The notes under the pieces are model-generated. The model made no database searches. It was not told the DNA's origin and was given only the letters and a program-made list of their open reading frames with translations. Source: Endomicrobiales bacterium (GTDB taxonomy: Bacteria > Elusimicrobiota > Endomicrobiia > Endomicrobiales > JALOBY01). Taken from it: a stretch of DNA of 64,000 bases. Position numbers and translations under genes: made by a program. Of the stretch, positions 1 through 9,318 are shown piece by piece. Every line of letters begins with the position of its first letter. Position 1 is the stretch's first letter. The DNA lies in assembly GCA_963796955.1 (NCBI GenBank), contig CAWCNJ010000007.1, positions 1 through 64,000 on the forward strand. Reading direction: 5' to 3'.

Positions 1-2
1 AA

Positions 3-434
3 ACGTTCAATGTGCGCTGCAACGACCATACGTTCTTTACGGTGAACTCTATTCATCAGGTCGCCAGCACAAACTTCCCGGTAACTTCCGGTTTTTCCCA
101 CCATCGTGCCGACCACCGACCCGTTGCTGGTCACACCCTTCAGCGTTGCGCCCACGCAGGCCATGCAGGGCGACGTTAACACCGCCATGTTGAAGTTGAA
201 CCTGTCAATGGGACAAAACACCGCCAGCTGGGTAGGGCTGCGGGTGGATCGCGGCGGCTCCGGTTCGGACAGCGATATTCCGGAAGTGAACATTTTCAAA
301 GATGCCCATGGTAATGGGATACTGGAGGCGGGGACACACAGGTAACCAGCGCGGGCCAGACGTTCGCGGGCGGCACGGCTAACATCGTGCTGAAAGCCCC
401 GCAGGTTTTGGATGTAATCACGGCTACCTAGTGT
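3..434 (+). pseudogene. Disrupted upstream part of the large Ig-repeat cargo gene (starts before the window)
   Basis: Frame 3 (..TNFPVTSGF), frame 1 (PTIVPTTD..IFKDAHGNGILEAG) and frame 3 again (DTQVTS..TAT*CV) join into the same repeat unit as 435..3470. Lesions: extra base in the T run at ~92-96, missing base in the G run at ~330-333, TAG at 429-431 where the other repeats read TYFV. Confidence 0.6.
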
Positions 435-3400
435 GTGACATGTAATTTTGCGCCGACGGCGGGCCTGGGCAACCAGCAGGTATTAAGCGTTAACGGCACC
501 AGTTACTTTACGCTGATCGCCCCGGACTATACTTTGCCGGCGAACCTGCCCATAGAAACGTCGTCAACAACGATAACGGAATTCCCGGGCATTATCCCTA
601 TTGTCGCAAACAGTATCGCGCCTGTGAACGCAAACCCCAACGACAAGAAGATCGGGCTGATACGGTTCAATATGTTCACGGGTTTTGCCGATGCTAAATG
701 GACGCATGTGCAGCTGACCCGCTCATCTTCGTTCCAGGACTCGGACCTGAGCGCCGTTATGATATACAAAGACATGAACGGCAACGGGCAGCTGGATGCC
801 ACCGACAGCCTGATAAGCTCGGGGCTGGATACCCCCGTGAATGGATTTGTGAATATCGATGTCTCGACCCAGACGATAAATGTCAGTACGCAAACTTATT
901 TTGTAGTGGTTAACATAGGCGGCGCAAAACCGAATACTACGATCGGCCTCAGCATGGTCAACGCGGCCTGCTTTACGGTCAGCTGGCCGAACACGGTGCT
1001 GGACGGTGTACCGTATTTCCCGATACAATCGAACACTGTTACTATAAACGAACCGCCTTCTGCGGTACTGGTAACCGGGTCTTCCATGCTGCCTGCGCAG
1101 GTTACCCAGGGCGATTATTTCGTGCCCGTGGAGAGCTTTACCGTTGTTACGGACACCTTCACGGCGTACCTGCGTTCTGTGCGTTTAAACCTTACCGGTT
1201 CCGCCAACCTGGCAGATTCTGATATCAGCAACATTCATATTTTCCGGGATAACGGCGACGGTCTGTTCGACTACAATAATGATACACCGGTAAATGAAAA
1301 TCCGAACGTGCCGACGACGTTCACGAATAAAACCTCTACGGTCCTGCTCAGCACACAGACGGTAAATATCTCTACTATCACTTATTTTGTGGCTTTTGAT
1401 ATTTCGCAGACGGCAACACCGAACGCGCAATTCGGCATTAGCATGGTCTCCAACGGCTACCTGAACCTGCTGCCCGGAGATTCTGTACTGACGGCTAATT
1501 TCCCGATACAATCAACGCAGGCTTCTATAATCCCGACCGTCGATTCAGTAACGGTGACCGGCACGGATGCCGCCCCGCAGACGGTTATGCAGACCAACGC
1601 CAACAAACTGTTGTTATTCATGGATGTTAGAGCAAAGTCCTTCTCGGGCAAAACCTATCAGGCGGTATGGCGCAGCATAAAACTTCGTGAGAACGGCACG
1701 GCCCTGGATTCAGACGTCAATTCGATAAAAGTCTATTATGACGGCGAAAACAGTGTCAATCAAACGTTTAACGCTTCGACTGATAAACTGATAACGCTGG
1801 CGAACAAACAATTCGTCGGGGGTTCGGTGCAGCTGACCTTTGTCGAACCGCAGGTGGTCTTCAGCACCACTACCAGGCGTTATTTTGTAACAGCCGATAT
1901 CGCGCAAACCGCCACCGTAGGCGCCACTGTCGGCGTTGCCTGCGATACCTCCAGCTGGCTGGCCATAGATGCGCCGAACTTTGTTTCCCAGGATTTCACG
2001 CCCTTCTATTGCACGGCGGCGCAGGTTACCGACCAGCCTGATACTCTCGCGATCATAGCGGCCAATATGGCTTCCGCTAACGTGGCGCAGGGCTATTCGA
2101 ACCAGCCGTTCCTTAAACTAAGCGTTTCGGTTGACCATGACAAGGTGTCCCTGAAAAAGTTCACGCTTCAAAAACTGGGCAACCTGGACGACTCTAAGAT
2201 CCTGAACGTGAAACTCTATAAAGACACCAACGGCACCGGCAACTTCGACCCTGCGACCGATTCACTGATCAGCGTAGGCCAGTTCCCGGGATCCAGCGTA
2301 TTGACCCTGGATTTCTCCAGCACCCCGCAGGTTATCGCCGCTGCCGGGGCGGTCTACTTTTTGGCCCTGGATATCGCGCCCTCGGCTCCCGTGGATTACA
2401 CAGTGGGCTTAAGTATCCTTGCCAACGGTGTAACCATTGATGAGGCAACGAACGTCGCCAATCGCGACACCGTGAACACCGCGAATTTCCCATTGTTATC
2501 CAACATTTCCCGCGTGCGCGACGTGCGTACGCCCTCAACGCCGGCGGTCACCCCGTCGGCCGCGACGGTCAACGGCATCAGTTATTCCTATATCGCCGAT
2601 CGCATCACCTTCGGGTGGGCCTCATCGGTCATAGAGGGCGCCATAACCGGCATCCAGTATGCCGTGGGTACGTCTTCTGTCACGCAGGATGTGCTGGACT
2701 GGACGAACGCGACGGATATGACGGGCCGGATCACGGCGAAAGGCTTTGTGCTGAGCAACAACGGGCAGTACTATATATTTGTGAAAGCGAAGAGCACGTC
2801 TAACGGGACGGATTTCTGGAGCGACCCGGGGGTGAGCACGTGCCCGTATGTCGCGGACCTGGTGCAGCCGGTTATGACGGCCGGCAAGACAATAGCAACG
2901 CTGCTGCAAGACAGCTTTCTGGTGCAATGGGCGCTGGACAGCATCGGCATCTCGGGACTGGACCATTACGAGGTAGAAGAGCGGGTTGGATCAAGCCCGA
3001 TATGGCACCTGGCGAAAACGACGACACAAACGAGCCTTATTTACAGCGACAAGGCGAAGAACAATACGTACTATTACCGTGTGCGCGCCGTTAACAAAGC
3101 CGGCCGATATTCAGAATACGGCAATGTGGCGCGCGTGGTGAACTTTATAACGACGGATCAGATAATATCCGAGGCCTATAATTATCCGAACCCGTTCGAT
3201 TCGCGAGTAGCGCCCGCGACGATCCACTATTTATTGAACCGCGATACAGGCATAACGATGACGATATATGACGTATTCGGCAACATTGTTAAAAAGCTGT
3301 CATACAGCGCCGGCGCGATAGGCGGCCAGGTGGGCGACAACGAAGTAACGTGGGACGGCGCCGCCGAAAGCGGCAGCAAAGTAAGCTGCGGGATATATGT

Positions 3401-3470
3401 ATGCATAATAAAGAGCGATGCCTCGGGCCCCGGCAACGAACAACGGATAATGATCGGGGTAATCCATTAA
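435..3470 (+). CDS. Large secreted/surface protein: ~160-aa Ig-like repeats with DxNGxG Ca-binding-like loops, FN3-like domains and a FlgD/T9SS-like C-terminal sorting domain
   Basis: Repeats IYKDMNGNGQLD / IFRDNGDGLFD / LYKDTNGTGNFD, each followed by TYFV or similar. FN3-like YYYRVRAVNKAG. C-terminus YNYPNPF..IYDVFGNIVK..VTWDG..GIYVCII. Confidence 0.8.
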   Translation: MTCNFAPTAGLGNQQVLSVNGTSYFTLIAPDYTLPANLPIETSSTTITEFPGIIPIVANSIAPVNANPNDKKIGLIRFNMFTGFADAKWTHVQLTRSSSFQDSDLSAVMIYKDMNGNGQLDATDSLISSGLDTPVNGFVNIDVSTQTINVSTQTYFVVVNIGGAKPNTTIGLSMVNAACFTVSWPNTVLDGVPYFPIQSNTVTINEPPSAVLVTGSSMLPAQVTQGDYFVPVESFTVVTDTFTAYLRSVRLNLTGSANLADSDISNIHIFRDNGDGLFDYNNDTPVNENPNVPTTFTNKTSTVLLSTQTVNISTITYFVAFDISQTATPNAQFGISMVSNGYLNLLPGDSVLTANFPIQSTQASIIPTVDSVTVTGTDAAPQTVMQTNANKLLLFMDVRAKSFSGKTYQAVWRSIKLRENGTALDSDVNSIKVYYDGENSVNQTFNASTDKLITLANKQFVGGSVQLTFVEPQVVFSTTTRRYFVTADIAQTATVGATVGVACDTSSWLAIDAPNFVSQDFTPFYCTAAQVTDQPDTLAIIAANMASANVAQGYSNQPFLKLSVSVDHDKVSLKKFTLQKLGNLDDSKILNVKLYKDTNGTGNFDPATDSLISVGQFPGSSVLTLDFSSTPQVIAAAGAVYFLALDIAPSAPVDYTVGLSILANGVTIDEATNVANRDTVNTANFPLLSNISRVRDVRTPSTPAVTPSAATVNGISYSYIADRITFGWASSVIEGAITGIQYAVGTSSVTQDVLDWTNATDMTGRITAKGFVLSNNGQYYIFVKAKSTSNGTDFWSDPGVSTCPYVADLVQPVMTAGKTIATLLQDSFLVQWALDSIGISGLDHYEVEERVGSSPIWHLAKTTTQTSLIYSDKAKNNTYYYRVRAVNKAGRYSEYGNVARVVNFITTDQIISEAYNYPNPFDSRVAPATIHYLLNRDTGITMTIYDVFGNIVKKLSYSAGAIGGQVGDNEVTWDGAAESGSKVSCGIYVCIIKSDASGPGNEQRIMIGVIH

Positions 3471-3477
3471 CGGCAGA

Positions 3478-3498
3478 CCGGAGTCCGAAGTCCGGAGA
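3478..3498. repeat. Left arm of a 21-bp inverted repeat built from heptamers
   Basis: ccggagtccgaagtccggaga is the exact reverse complement of 3948-3968. Confidence 0.9.
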
Positions 3499-3533
3499 CC
3501 GGAGTAACGACGAACAACAGACAGAAGGAAAAA

Positions 3534-3899
3534 ATGCAAGATAAACTGCGATTTGAGGATTTGATCGTCTATCAAAAGGCATTGGATATTGTTGAAGATG
3601 CGTATCGCATAACACGCTTGTTTCCTTCTGAAGAACGTTTTGCACTTACAAGTCAGCTTCAAAGAGCCGCCACTTCTATAGTCGCTAATATTGCTGAAGG
3701 ATGCGGACGGTTTCATAATACTGAACAGATTCAGTTTCTTAGGATGTCCAGAGGTTCGGCTTACGAATGTGTTGCGCTTTTACAAATCGCAAAACGACTG
3801 AAAGTAGTTAATGAAACGGATTATAATGCTATTTTTAAGAAGTTGATGGAAACAACAAGAATGCTTAGTGGATTGGTTGTTGCGACAAGGAAAAAATGA
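3534..3899 (+). CDS. Four-helix-bundle protein (23S rRNA IVP / S23 / Avd-like family)
   Basis: FEDLIVYQKA..FPSEERFALTSQLQRAATSIVANIAEG..FLRMSRGSAYE is the family signature; 121 aa; AT-richer than its neighbours. Confidence 0.93.
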   Translation: MQDKLRFEDLIVYQKALDIVEDAYRITRLFPSEERFALTSQLQRAATSIVANIAEGCGRFHNTEQIQFLRMSRGSAYECVALLQIAKRLKVVNETDYNAIFKKLMETTRMLSGLVVATRKK

Positions 3900-5437
3900 A
3901 CAAGGTCTTGCGGTTTCTCTTATCACTTATATTTTCTGCGTTTCTTCTCTCCGGACTTCGGACTCCGGACTCCGGACTGTTGTACGCCGACACCGCCGGT
4001 AGCGCGGGTGAGATCTTTTATTACGGGCAGGGCGCGCGGGCGATGGGTATGGGGCGCGCATTTACGGCGGTGAGCGACGACGCGAACAGCACGTATTGGA
4101 ACATGGCGGGGATGGGCTTGTTGCCGCAACAGCAGGTAACGGCCTCCCAGAGCACGCTGCTGGAAGGGGTCAGCTATAATTATCTTGGTTACGTGTACCC
4201 GTTCGTGAACCGCAACGCGCTGGGGATGAGCGTGAACATGCTTTCGACGCCGAGCGTGGTAAAGCGCGACGTCAACAACGTTATGAATGGTTCGTTCAGT
4301 TTTCAAGAGACCGGGATAGACCTGTCATACAGCCAGCCGCTGACGAAGGCGATGTTAATGGGCGTTGGTTTAAGATATTTAATGCGGTCGCTGGACACGG
4401 CGCAATCAGCATTGATCGGAATAAACGTGGCGGGCTTATATGATATAGCAAAGCATACGCGTGCGGGGATAAAGCTGGATAACGTGCTGGCATTTTCGCA
4501 GGGTGACACGGCCGATACCTTGCCGATGGCGATAAAAATGGGCATAGCGCAGCGATTCTTTGACGACCGGCTGATGCTGGACCTGGACCTTGACCCGATG
4601 ACCTCGGCGATATTTATGGGTGGGGAGATGCGTTTCCACCAGATAGCGGTGCGCATGGGGCTGAACAATAATGAGACCTCGGCGGGCTTTGGGTATTACT
4701 GGAAAGCGTATAGTTTTGATTACGCGCTGGTGTACAGCCCGTTGTTGTTGTCAAACCGGATATCGGTAAGCTGTTCGTTCGGGCCGAACCTGCAAAAAGA
4801 GCGGGAACGGCGCGCGATGGCGTTGTACCATAAGGCGGAAGATTCATACGGGGCGGGGAAATACCGCAAGGCGCTGGATTATTTCGCGCAGGGCGCGGTG
4901 CTGTATGATCCGATGGAATACCAGAAGAAGGCCGCAACCCTGCGGCGTTTCATAGAGCAATACGGCTTGGCGGACTCGGCGCTGGCGAAGAAAGGCGACA
5001 ACCAGCTGGTCAACGAGAATGTGGAGCTGACGAAGAATATGGTGCGAGCCTATCTTGACGGCAACCTGCCTGAAGCGGCGCGCAACGCGCGGATAATCCT
5101 GAGCACGAATTCCGGCAACGAGCTGGCCAAAGAGATCAGCAAAGCGGTGGGCAACGACGATAGTTTAGAGATGCAGGGCCTGACCAAAGAATCGATCATA
5201 GAGGTAAAACTGCAGCGAGCGGTGCAATACTTTAATGAGAAGAACTATGAAAAAGCTATTAAAGAATGCCGTGAAGTAATAGAGATAGACGCAAACAACG
5301 AGATGGCCTACGTACGATTAGGCTCGGCATACCTGATGTTCGGCGCCCAGAACGAGGCCCGGAAAACATGGGAAAAAGCGCTGGAACTAAACCCGAAGAA
5401 CAAAGACCTGCAAGACTTCTTAAAGAGGCTTAAATAG
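3896..5437 (+). CDS. PorV/PorQ-family beta-barrel protein with C-terminal TPR repeats
   Basis: Signal peptide; GARAMGMGRAFTAVSDDANSTYWN motif; FDYAL..NRIS barrel end; TPR AYVRLGSAY..ARKTWEKALELNP. Confidence 0.85.
   Translation: MNKVLRFLLSLIFSAFLLSGLRTPDSGLLYADTAGSAGEIFYYGQGARAMGMGRAFTAVSDDANSTYWNMAGMGLLPQQQVTASQSTLLEGVSYNYLGYVYPFVNRNALGMSVNMLSTPSVVKRDVNNVMNGSFSFQETGIDLSYSQPLTKAMLMGVGLRYLMRSLDTAQSALIGINVAGLYDIAKHTRAGIKLDNVLAFSQGDTADTLPMAIKMGIAQRFFDDRLMLDLDLDPMTSAIFMGGEMRFHQIAVRMGLNNNETSAGFGYYWKAYSFDYALVYSPLLLSNRISVSCSFGPNLQKERERRAMALYHKAEDSYGAGKYRKALDYFAQGAVLYDPMEYQKKAATLRRFIEQYGLADSALAKKGDNQLVNENVELTKNMVRAYLDGNLPEAARNARIILSTNSGNELAKEISKAVGNDDSLEMQGLTKESIIEVKLQRAVQYFNEKNYEKAIKECREVIEIDANNEMAYVRLGSAYLMFGAQNEARKTWEKALELNPKNKDLQDFLKRLK
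3948..3978. repeat. Heptamer tandem repeat (ycggact x4) inside a signal-peptide coding region; right arm of the inverted repeat
   Basis: ccggact tcggact ccggact ccggact at 3951-3978, read in frame as SGLRTPDSGL. Confidence 0.9.
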
Positions 5438-5488
5438 CAAGGTTTAACAGTTAATAACAACTAGATAGCAAAAGACGCACAAAATTCG

Positions 5489-5518
5489 TTGACAATATGT
5501 GCCGAACTTCTATATAAT
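5489..5518 (+). promoter_or_regulatory. Sigma70-type promoter, probably producing a leaderless mRNA
   Basis: TTGACA (5489-5494), 18 bp, TATAAT (5513-5518); in-frame ATG at 5525. Confidence 0.75.
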
Positions 5519-5524
5519 ATATAC

Positions 5525-7381
5525 ATGCACAGAGCAAAAAGCCCACCCATGTGGTTTGCCGTCCCGCGTCCACTCTTCCGTCCACTTAGTCGTCCAGCAG
5601 ATGTTGTACGTCCACTTCGTTGTCCACCAGCGGGGACGTTTCGTCCCCTGTCGGGTCTGTTATCCGTTGTCTTATTATTTTGTTTTTCCAGCGTCTTCGC
5701 CGGCGAAGTCCAGCAGTTCGTACCTGCGTGGCGCTGGTCAGGCAGTAAAGCAAAGTACCACATGGACCGGCCTGACATAAAAAGCGACAGTAACGTGCTG
5801 GACAAATCGCCGCTGCTGCGCATAACGAATTTTGACCGGATGTCCATGACGGGGCTGAGCATCAGCCCAGACGGCAAAAAAGCGGCGTTCGCGAGTTTCG
5901 ACGGTGAATATATGCAGTTGTTCTGCGTGGACACCAAGACCGGCGCGACGCTTTCCCAGCTGACGCAGGAGACCGACAACAGCTGGATGCCGGTATTTTC
6001 TTCCAACAACGATATAATCTTTGTATCCGACCGTTCGGGCATGCCGAAGTTGTGGGAACTGAACATTGGCTTAAAAACGGTTATGCAGATGACAAGGGAC
6101 AACGCGATAGACGCGGTGCCTGATACCGCGCCCGGCGCGATGGTGATCTATTACGCATCGTTGGTGCCCAACACCAAAGAGTGGGCCGTGTGCCGTGTTA
6201 ACCGTGACGGCAACAACATGGGGTATTTGCATAAGGGTTATTACCCGCGTGTATCGATGGACGGCAAGAAGATAGCGTTCCTGTGCCGTGGTTCCGGGGA
6301 AGGCGAGGAAGGCGCGGCGAAATACACGCAGGCGTGGGTGATGGACAACGACGGCAAAAACCCGCTGCAATTAACCGCTTTGGAAGCGAACGTGACCAGC
6401 CTGTGCTGGATGAACGACGGCAAAAAACTTATTATAACCTCGGACCGGCCGGCAGATGAGGAAGAAGACAAAAAGAAGCGGGACCTGAATCTGTGGCTGT
6501 TCGACCTGGAGACAAAAGCGTATTACCGGATAACGGAAAATGTGTCGGAAGATGCCATGCCGGCGACGGCGCGAGAGAGCAAAGACGTTTACTTTTTATC
6601 CAACCGGGGCGACCGGTGGAACATCTGGGAGATAACGAATGAGAACATCTACCAGATAGATCCGCCGCTGCTGACAAAAACGCTGGTTACTGATGGGGAA
6701 ATAACGCTGGAGTGGCAGGCGGTGGCCTCGGCGAGCGGCTACAACGTGTATTTCAAGCCGACCGACACAAAGAACTGGTGGAAGGTGAACACCGATGAAC
6801 TGCATGAGCCGAAGTACACGATAAAAGACCTGAAAAGCGGGATAAAATATGATGTAGGTGTCAGTGCCAGCGACGTAACGCGACAAGTTGAGAGCAAGAT
6901 GGGCATGGCGACGCTGCGCACCCGGTCTATTACCGACCGGCCGGGCACGCCGACGAAGGTGGAGCTTAAAGAAGAAGGTGACAACGTAAAGCTGAAGTGG
7001 ACGCCGGTGGGCGGTGCGGTATCCTATAACGTGTATCTAGCGCCGAAGGGCTACCAGGGATTTAAGGTAAACAAATCACCATTAAAGAAAGCCGATTTTA
7101 TATTTCCCAAGAACAGCGAGCTGTTGTCGCCGGGCGTAGCATATTCGCTGCGTGTACGGTCCGTTGACGGCAGAGGCGGCGAAAGCGAAGCCTCAAAAGC
7201 CGTCCCCTTACCCGGCCACGGAGCAGCGGCCGAAAAGAAGCCGGCCGACAATGAAGCCGCCCCCGCGCCCGCCGACAAGGATGCCACCGGCGCAGGTGCG
7301 CCCGCTGGCGCGCCAACCGGCGCTGGCGCCCCCGCACAGCCCGCCGCCGACGAGTGGGGCAACACCGGAGGCGAGTGGTAA
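5525..7381 (+). CDS. TolB-like (PD40) beta-propeller protein with two FN3 domains and an Ala/Pro tail
   Basis: SISPDGKKAAFAS, FVSDRSGMPKLW, FLSNRGDRWNIW; FN3-like LEWQAV..GYNVYF and LKWTPV..SYNVYL. Start moved to ATG 5525 because the track's TTG start lies in the -35 box. Confidence 0.8.
   Translation: MHRAKSPPMWFAVPRPLFRPLSRPADVVRPLRCPPAGTFRPLSGLLSVVLLFCFSSVFAGEVQQFVPAWRWSGSKAKYHMDRPDIKSDSNVLDKSPLLRITNFDRMSMTGLSISPDGKKAAFASFDGEYMQLFCVDTKTGATLSQLTQETDNSWMPVFSSNNDIIFVSDRSGMPKLWELNIGLKTVMQMTRDNAIDAVPDTAPGAMVIYYASLVPNTKEWAVCRVNRDGNNMGYLHKGYYPRVSMDGKKIAFLCRGSGEGEEGAAKYTQAWVMDNDGKNPLQLTALEANVTSLCWMNDGKKLIITSDRPADEEEDKKKRDLNLWLFDLETKAYYRITENVSEDAMPATARESKDVYFLSNRGDRWNIWEITNENIYQIDPPLLTKTLVTDGEITLEWQAVASASGYNVYFKPTDTKNWWKVNTDELHEPKYTIKDLKSGIKYDVGVSASDVTRQVESKMGMATLRTRSITDRPGTPTKVELKEEGDNVKLKWTPVGGAVSYNVYLAPKGYQGFKVNKSPLKKADFIFPKNSELLSPGVAYSLRVRSVDGRGGESEASKAVPLPGHGAAAEKKPADNEAAPAPADKDATGAGAPAGAPTGAGAPAQPAADEWGNTGGEW
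5558..5635 (+). repeat. 78-bp coding repeat with cgtccact units, copy 1
   Basis: Colinear with 7399-7476, 65/78 identical by hand count; encodes AVPRPLFRPLSRPADVVRPLRCPPAG. Confidence 0.9.
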
Positions 7382-7383
7382 AA

Positions 7384-8994
7384 ATGGAACATTTTTTCGC
7401 CGTCCCGCGTCCACTTCGTCGTCCACTTCCCTGTCCACCAGGTGTTGTACGTCCACTTCTTCGTCCACTAGCGGGGGTGTTGGCTGTTATGTTTTGTTGC
7501 GCCCTTTGGGCGCACGCCACCACCGTCGACGAGAAAGTAACGTTAGAACGTTTTTACAGCGAGCGTGTTCAGCACGTGCTGGAAAATATACTGGGCCAGA
7601 ATTCCGTTCTTGTCTACGTCAACCTTGAGGTTGATTCCGCGCAGACGCAATCGGAGCATGAGACGATCATATCCGGCAGCGCCGGGGCTGGTGGCGGCGG
7701 CGACAAGTTCATGTACAACATGGAGAAGAAGTATTTCCTGCCCGGTTACCCTATTGATGACCCCAAGGCGCAGAACACTGCTACGAACGGCAAAATGGAA
7801 CGCGTGGTAGACCAGACGGTGGGCCTGCCAAAGACGGTGATAAAGCGCATCGGTGTGACGGTCGTGGCCGATAACCGTATCCCCAAGAAGGATCTTGATA
7901 ACATCCCCAAGACGGTCGCTGGTTTGCTGGGGTTGAGCAAAAAGCGCGGTGATACGATCGCGATACAGCAGACGCCGTTCCCGCATACGATGGATACGCT
8001 TTTAAGCCAGCTGCGAAACCCTGTGATGGCGCTGGAAGTGGTGAAATACATAACGATAACGTCGCTGGCGATCATTTGCATGATGATGTTGTTTTTCCTG
8101 GCCCGGTCGTTCTTCAAAGAATTTTCGGTGATGAACCATACGCTGAAAACCAAGTTCCAGATCGAAGGATTGGATAAGCTGGGCACGGGTGCGCCCGCCG
8201 CGCCCAAGGAAGGGGAAAAGCCTGCCTTAACCGAAGGGGAAGGGAACCTTTTGCCGGAAGCGATAAAGCCGGTAGAGCAGCCGAAAGTTGTGTATGAGAC
8301 GGCGCACTTTAAGTTCGTTGAGGCGAAGAACCTGCCGCGCCTGGTGTATCTGTTGAGGAAAGAAACGCCGGAGAACATAGCGATAACGACGTCGTTTTTA
8401 AGCCCCACCGATTCGGCGTATGTTATGTCGGCGCTGGACCCGCAGGTGCGCTCGCAGGTAACGGCGAAACTGTCGAACGTGATAGAGACCTCGACGGACG
8501 TGGTACAGAAACTTGAAAAGAACATAGAGGACAAGATAAATTATGTGCTGGGCGGTTCAGATTATATGGCGGAGATGGTGGAAACCGCCGATGAAAAGAC
8601 GCAGGAACAGATCATAGCGGATGTAGCCACCACCAACCCAATGCTAGCCGAACGGCTGCGGGCCGAGATCTTCAAGTTTGTGGACATAGAACAATTGCGC
8701 GATGATGAGATAAAACGCGTGATGCAGGCGGTGGACCGCGAGGTGTTGGCAATGTCGCTGCGCAACGCGGGCGAAGAACTGAAGAACCGTTTCATCAGCA
8801 ACATGACGGCCAGCGGCCAGGCGATGTTCAAGGAAACCATGGATTTCATGGGCCCGCGGCCGAAGTCAAAGATAGTGGAATCCCAGCGCCGCGTCGTCAA
8901 CGCCGTGCGCCACCTGATGAAAGAAGGATTGATAGCCAAGAGAGTAATAACCAGAGTGGAAGCGGTTCATGTGACGGAAGAGGAACACATCTGA
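7384..8994 (+). CDS. Fusion of a FliF/YscJ C-terminal-like ring domain with FliG middle and C-terminal domains
   Basis: Signal peptide; FliF-C-like VLENILGQNSVLVYVNLEVD..IKRIGVTVVAD..GLSKKRGDTIAI; one TM helix; FliG-like ETPENIAITTSFL, GGSDYMAEMV, IFKFVDI..LAMSL..FISNMT..MGP..ESQRRVVNAVRHL. Confidence 0.8.
   Translation: MEHFFAVPRPLRRPLPCPPGVVRPLLRPLAGVLAVMFCCALWAHATTVDEKVTLERFYSERVQHVLENILGQNSVLVYVNLEVDSAQTQSEHETIISGSAGAGGGGDKFMYNMEKKYFLPGYPIDDPKAQNTATNGKMERVVDQTVGLPKTVIKRIGVTVVADNRIPKKDLDNIPKTVAGLLGLSKKRGDTIAIQQTPFPHTMDTLLSQLRNPVMALEVVKYITITSLAIICMMMLFFLARSFFKEFSVMNHTLKTKFQIEGLDKLGTGAPAAPKEGEKPALTEGEGNLLPEAIKPVEQPKVVYETAHFKFVEAKNLPRLVYLLRKETPENIAITTSFLSPTDSAYVMSALDPQVRSQVTAKLSNVIETSTDVVQKLEKNIEDKINYVLGGSDYMAEMVETADEKTQEQIIADVATTNPMLAERLRAEIFKFVDIEQLRDDEIKRVMQAVDREVLAMSLRNAGEELKNRFISNMTASGQAMFKETMDFMGPRPKSKIVESQRRVVNAVRHLMKEGLIAKRVITRVEAVHVTEEEHI
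7399..7476 (+). repeat. 78-bp coding repeat, copy 2
   Basis: Encodes AVPRPLRRPLPCPPGVVRPLLRPLAG; aligns to 5558-5635 without gaps. Confidence 0.9.
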
Positions 8995-9007
8995 TCCGTA
9001 GGTTGTT

Positions 9008-9040
9008 GTCCGTGTAGTCCGTTACGTCCATAACGTCCAC
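9008..9040. repeat. Degenerate 9-bp tandem repeat with a gtcc core
   Basis: gtcc at 9008, 9017, 9026 and 9035. Confidence 0.7.
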
Positions 9041-9048
9041 AAAGAAGT

Positions 9049-9077
9049 TTGCCGTTAACAATAATTTGTAGTATAAT
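9049..9077 (+). promoter_or_regulatory. Sigma70 promoter of tRNA-Ser
   Basis: TTGCCG, 17 bp, TATAAT. Confidence 0.65.
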
Positions 9078-9092
9078 ATCGATGTTACAGCT

Positions 9093-9183
9093 GGAGGGGT
9101 CGCATAGCGGCTTAGTGCGCTGGTTTGCTAAACCGGTGTACGGATGAAAATCTGTACCGAGGGTTCAAATCCCTCCCCCTCCG
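9093..9183 (+). tRNA. tRNA-Ser(GCT)
   Basis: Acceptor stem GGAGGGG/CCCCTCC; anticodon arm CTGGT-TTGCTAA-ACCGG; long variable arm; T arm GAGGG-TTCAAAT-CCCTC; CCA not encoded. Confidence 0.95.
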
Positions 9184-9221
9184 TAGGATTTTAAATCGGC
9201 TTCCGCCGATTTTAAAACCTA
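9184..9221. terminator. Hairpin directly after tRNA-Ser
   Basis: taggattttaaatcggc-ttcc-gccgattttaaaaccta imperfect inverted repeat. Confidence 0.55.
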
Positions 9222-9318
9222 ATTGATTGGGATTTGAAGCCGACCCGCAGCGCTGTCGCGTAGGCAGAAGAAGCAAGGGCGGCCGGTTTCGAAGGAGTCC
9301 GACAGGGCGGGTGAGAAA

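Noticed and set aside
429..431. TAG recoding (alternative genetic code or pyrrolysine)
   Set aside because: TAG ends other genes normally (26464, 33194), and this one sits beside two indels and a second apparent substitution.
3534..7476. Diversity-generating retroelement (Avd-like gene plus two similar 78-bp repeats)
   Set aside because: No reverse transcriptase in the window, the differences between the repeats are not adenine-specific, and both copies are N-terminal.
7384..8994. Canonical fliG or fliF in a flagellar operon
   Set aside because: Fusion architecture without recognisable FliG-N or FliF N-terminal ring domains, and no flagellar neighbours.
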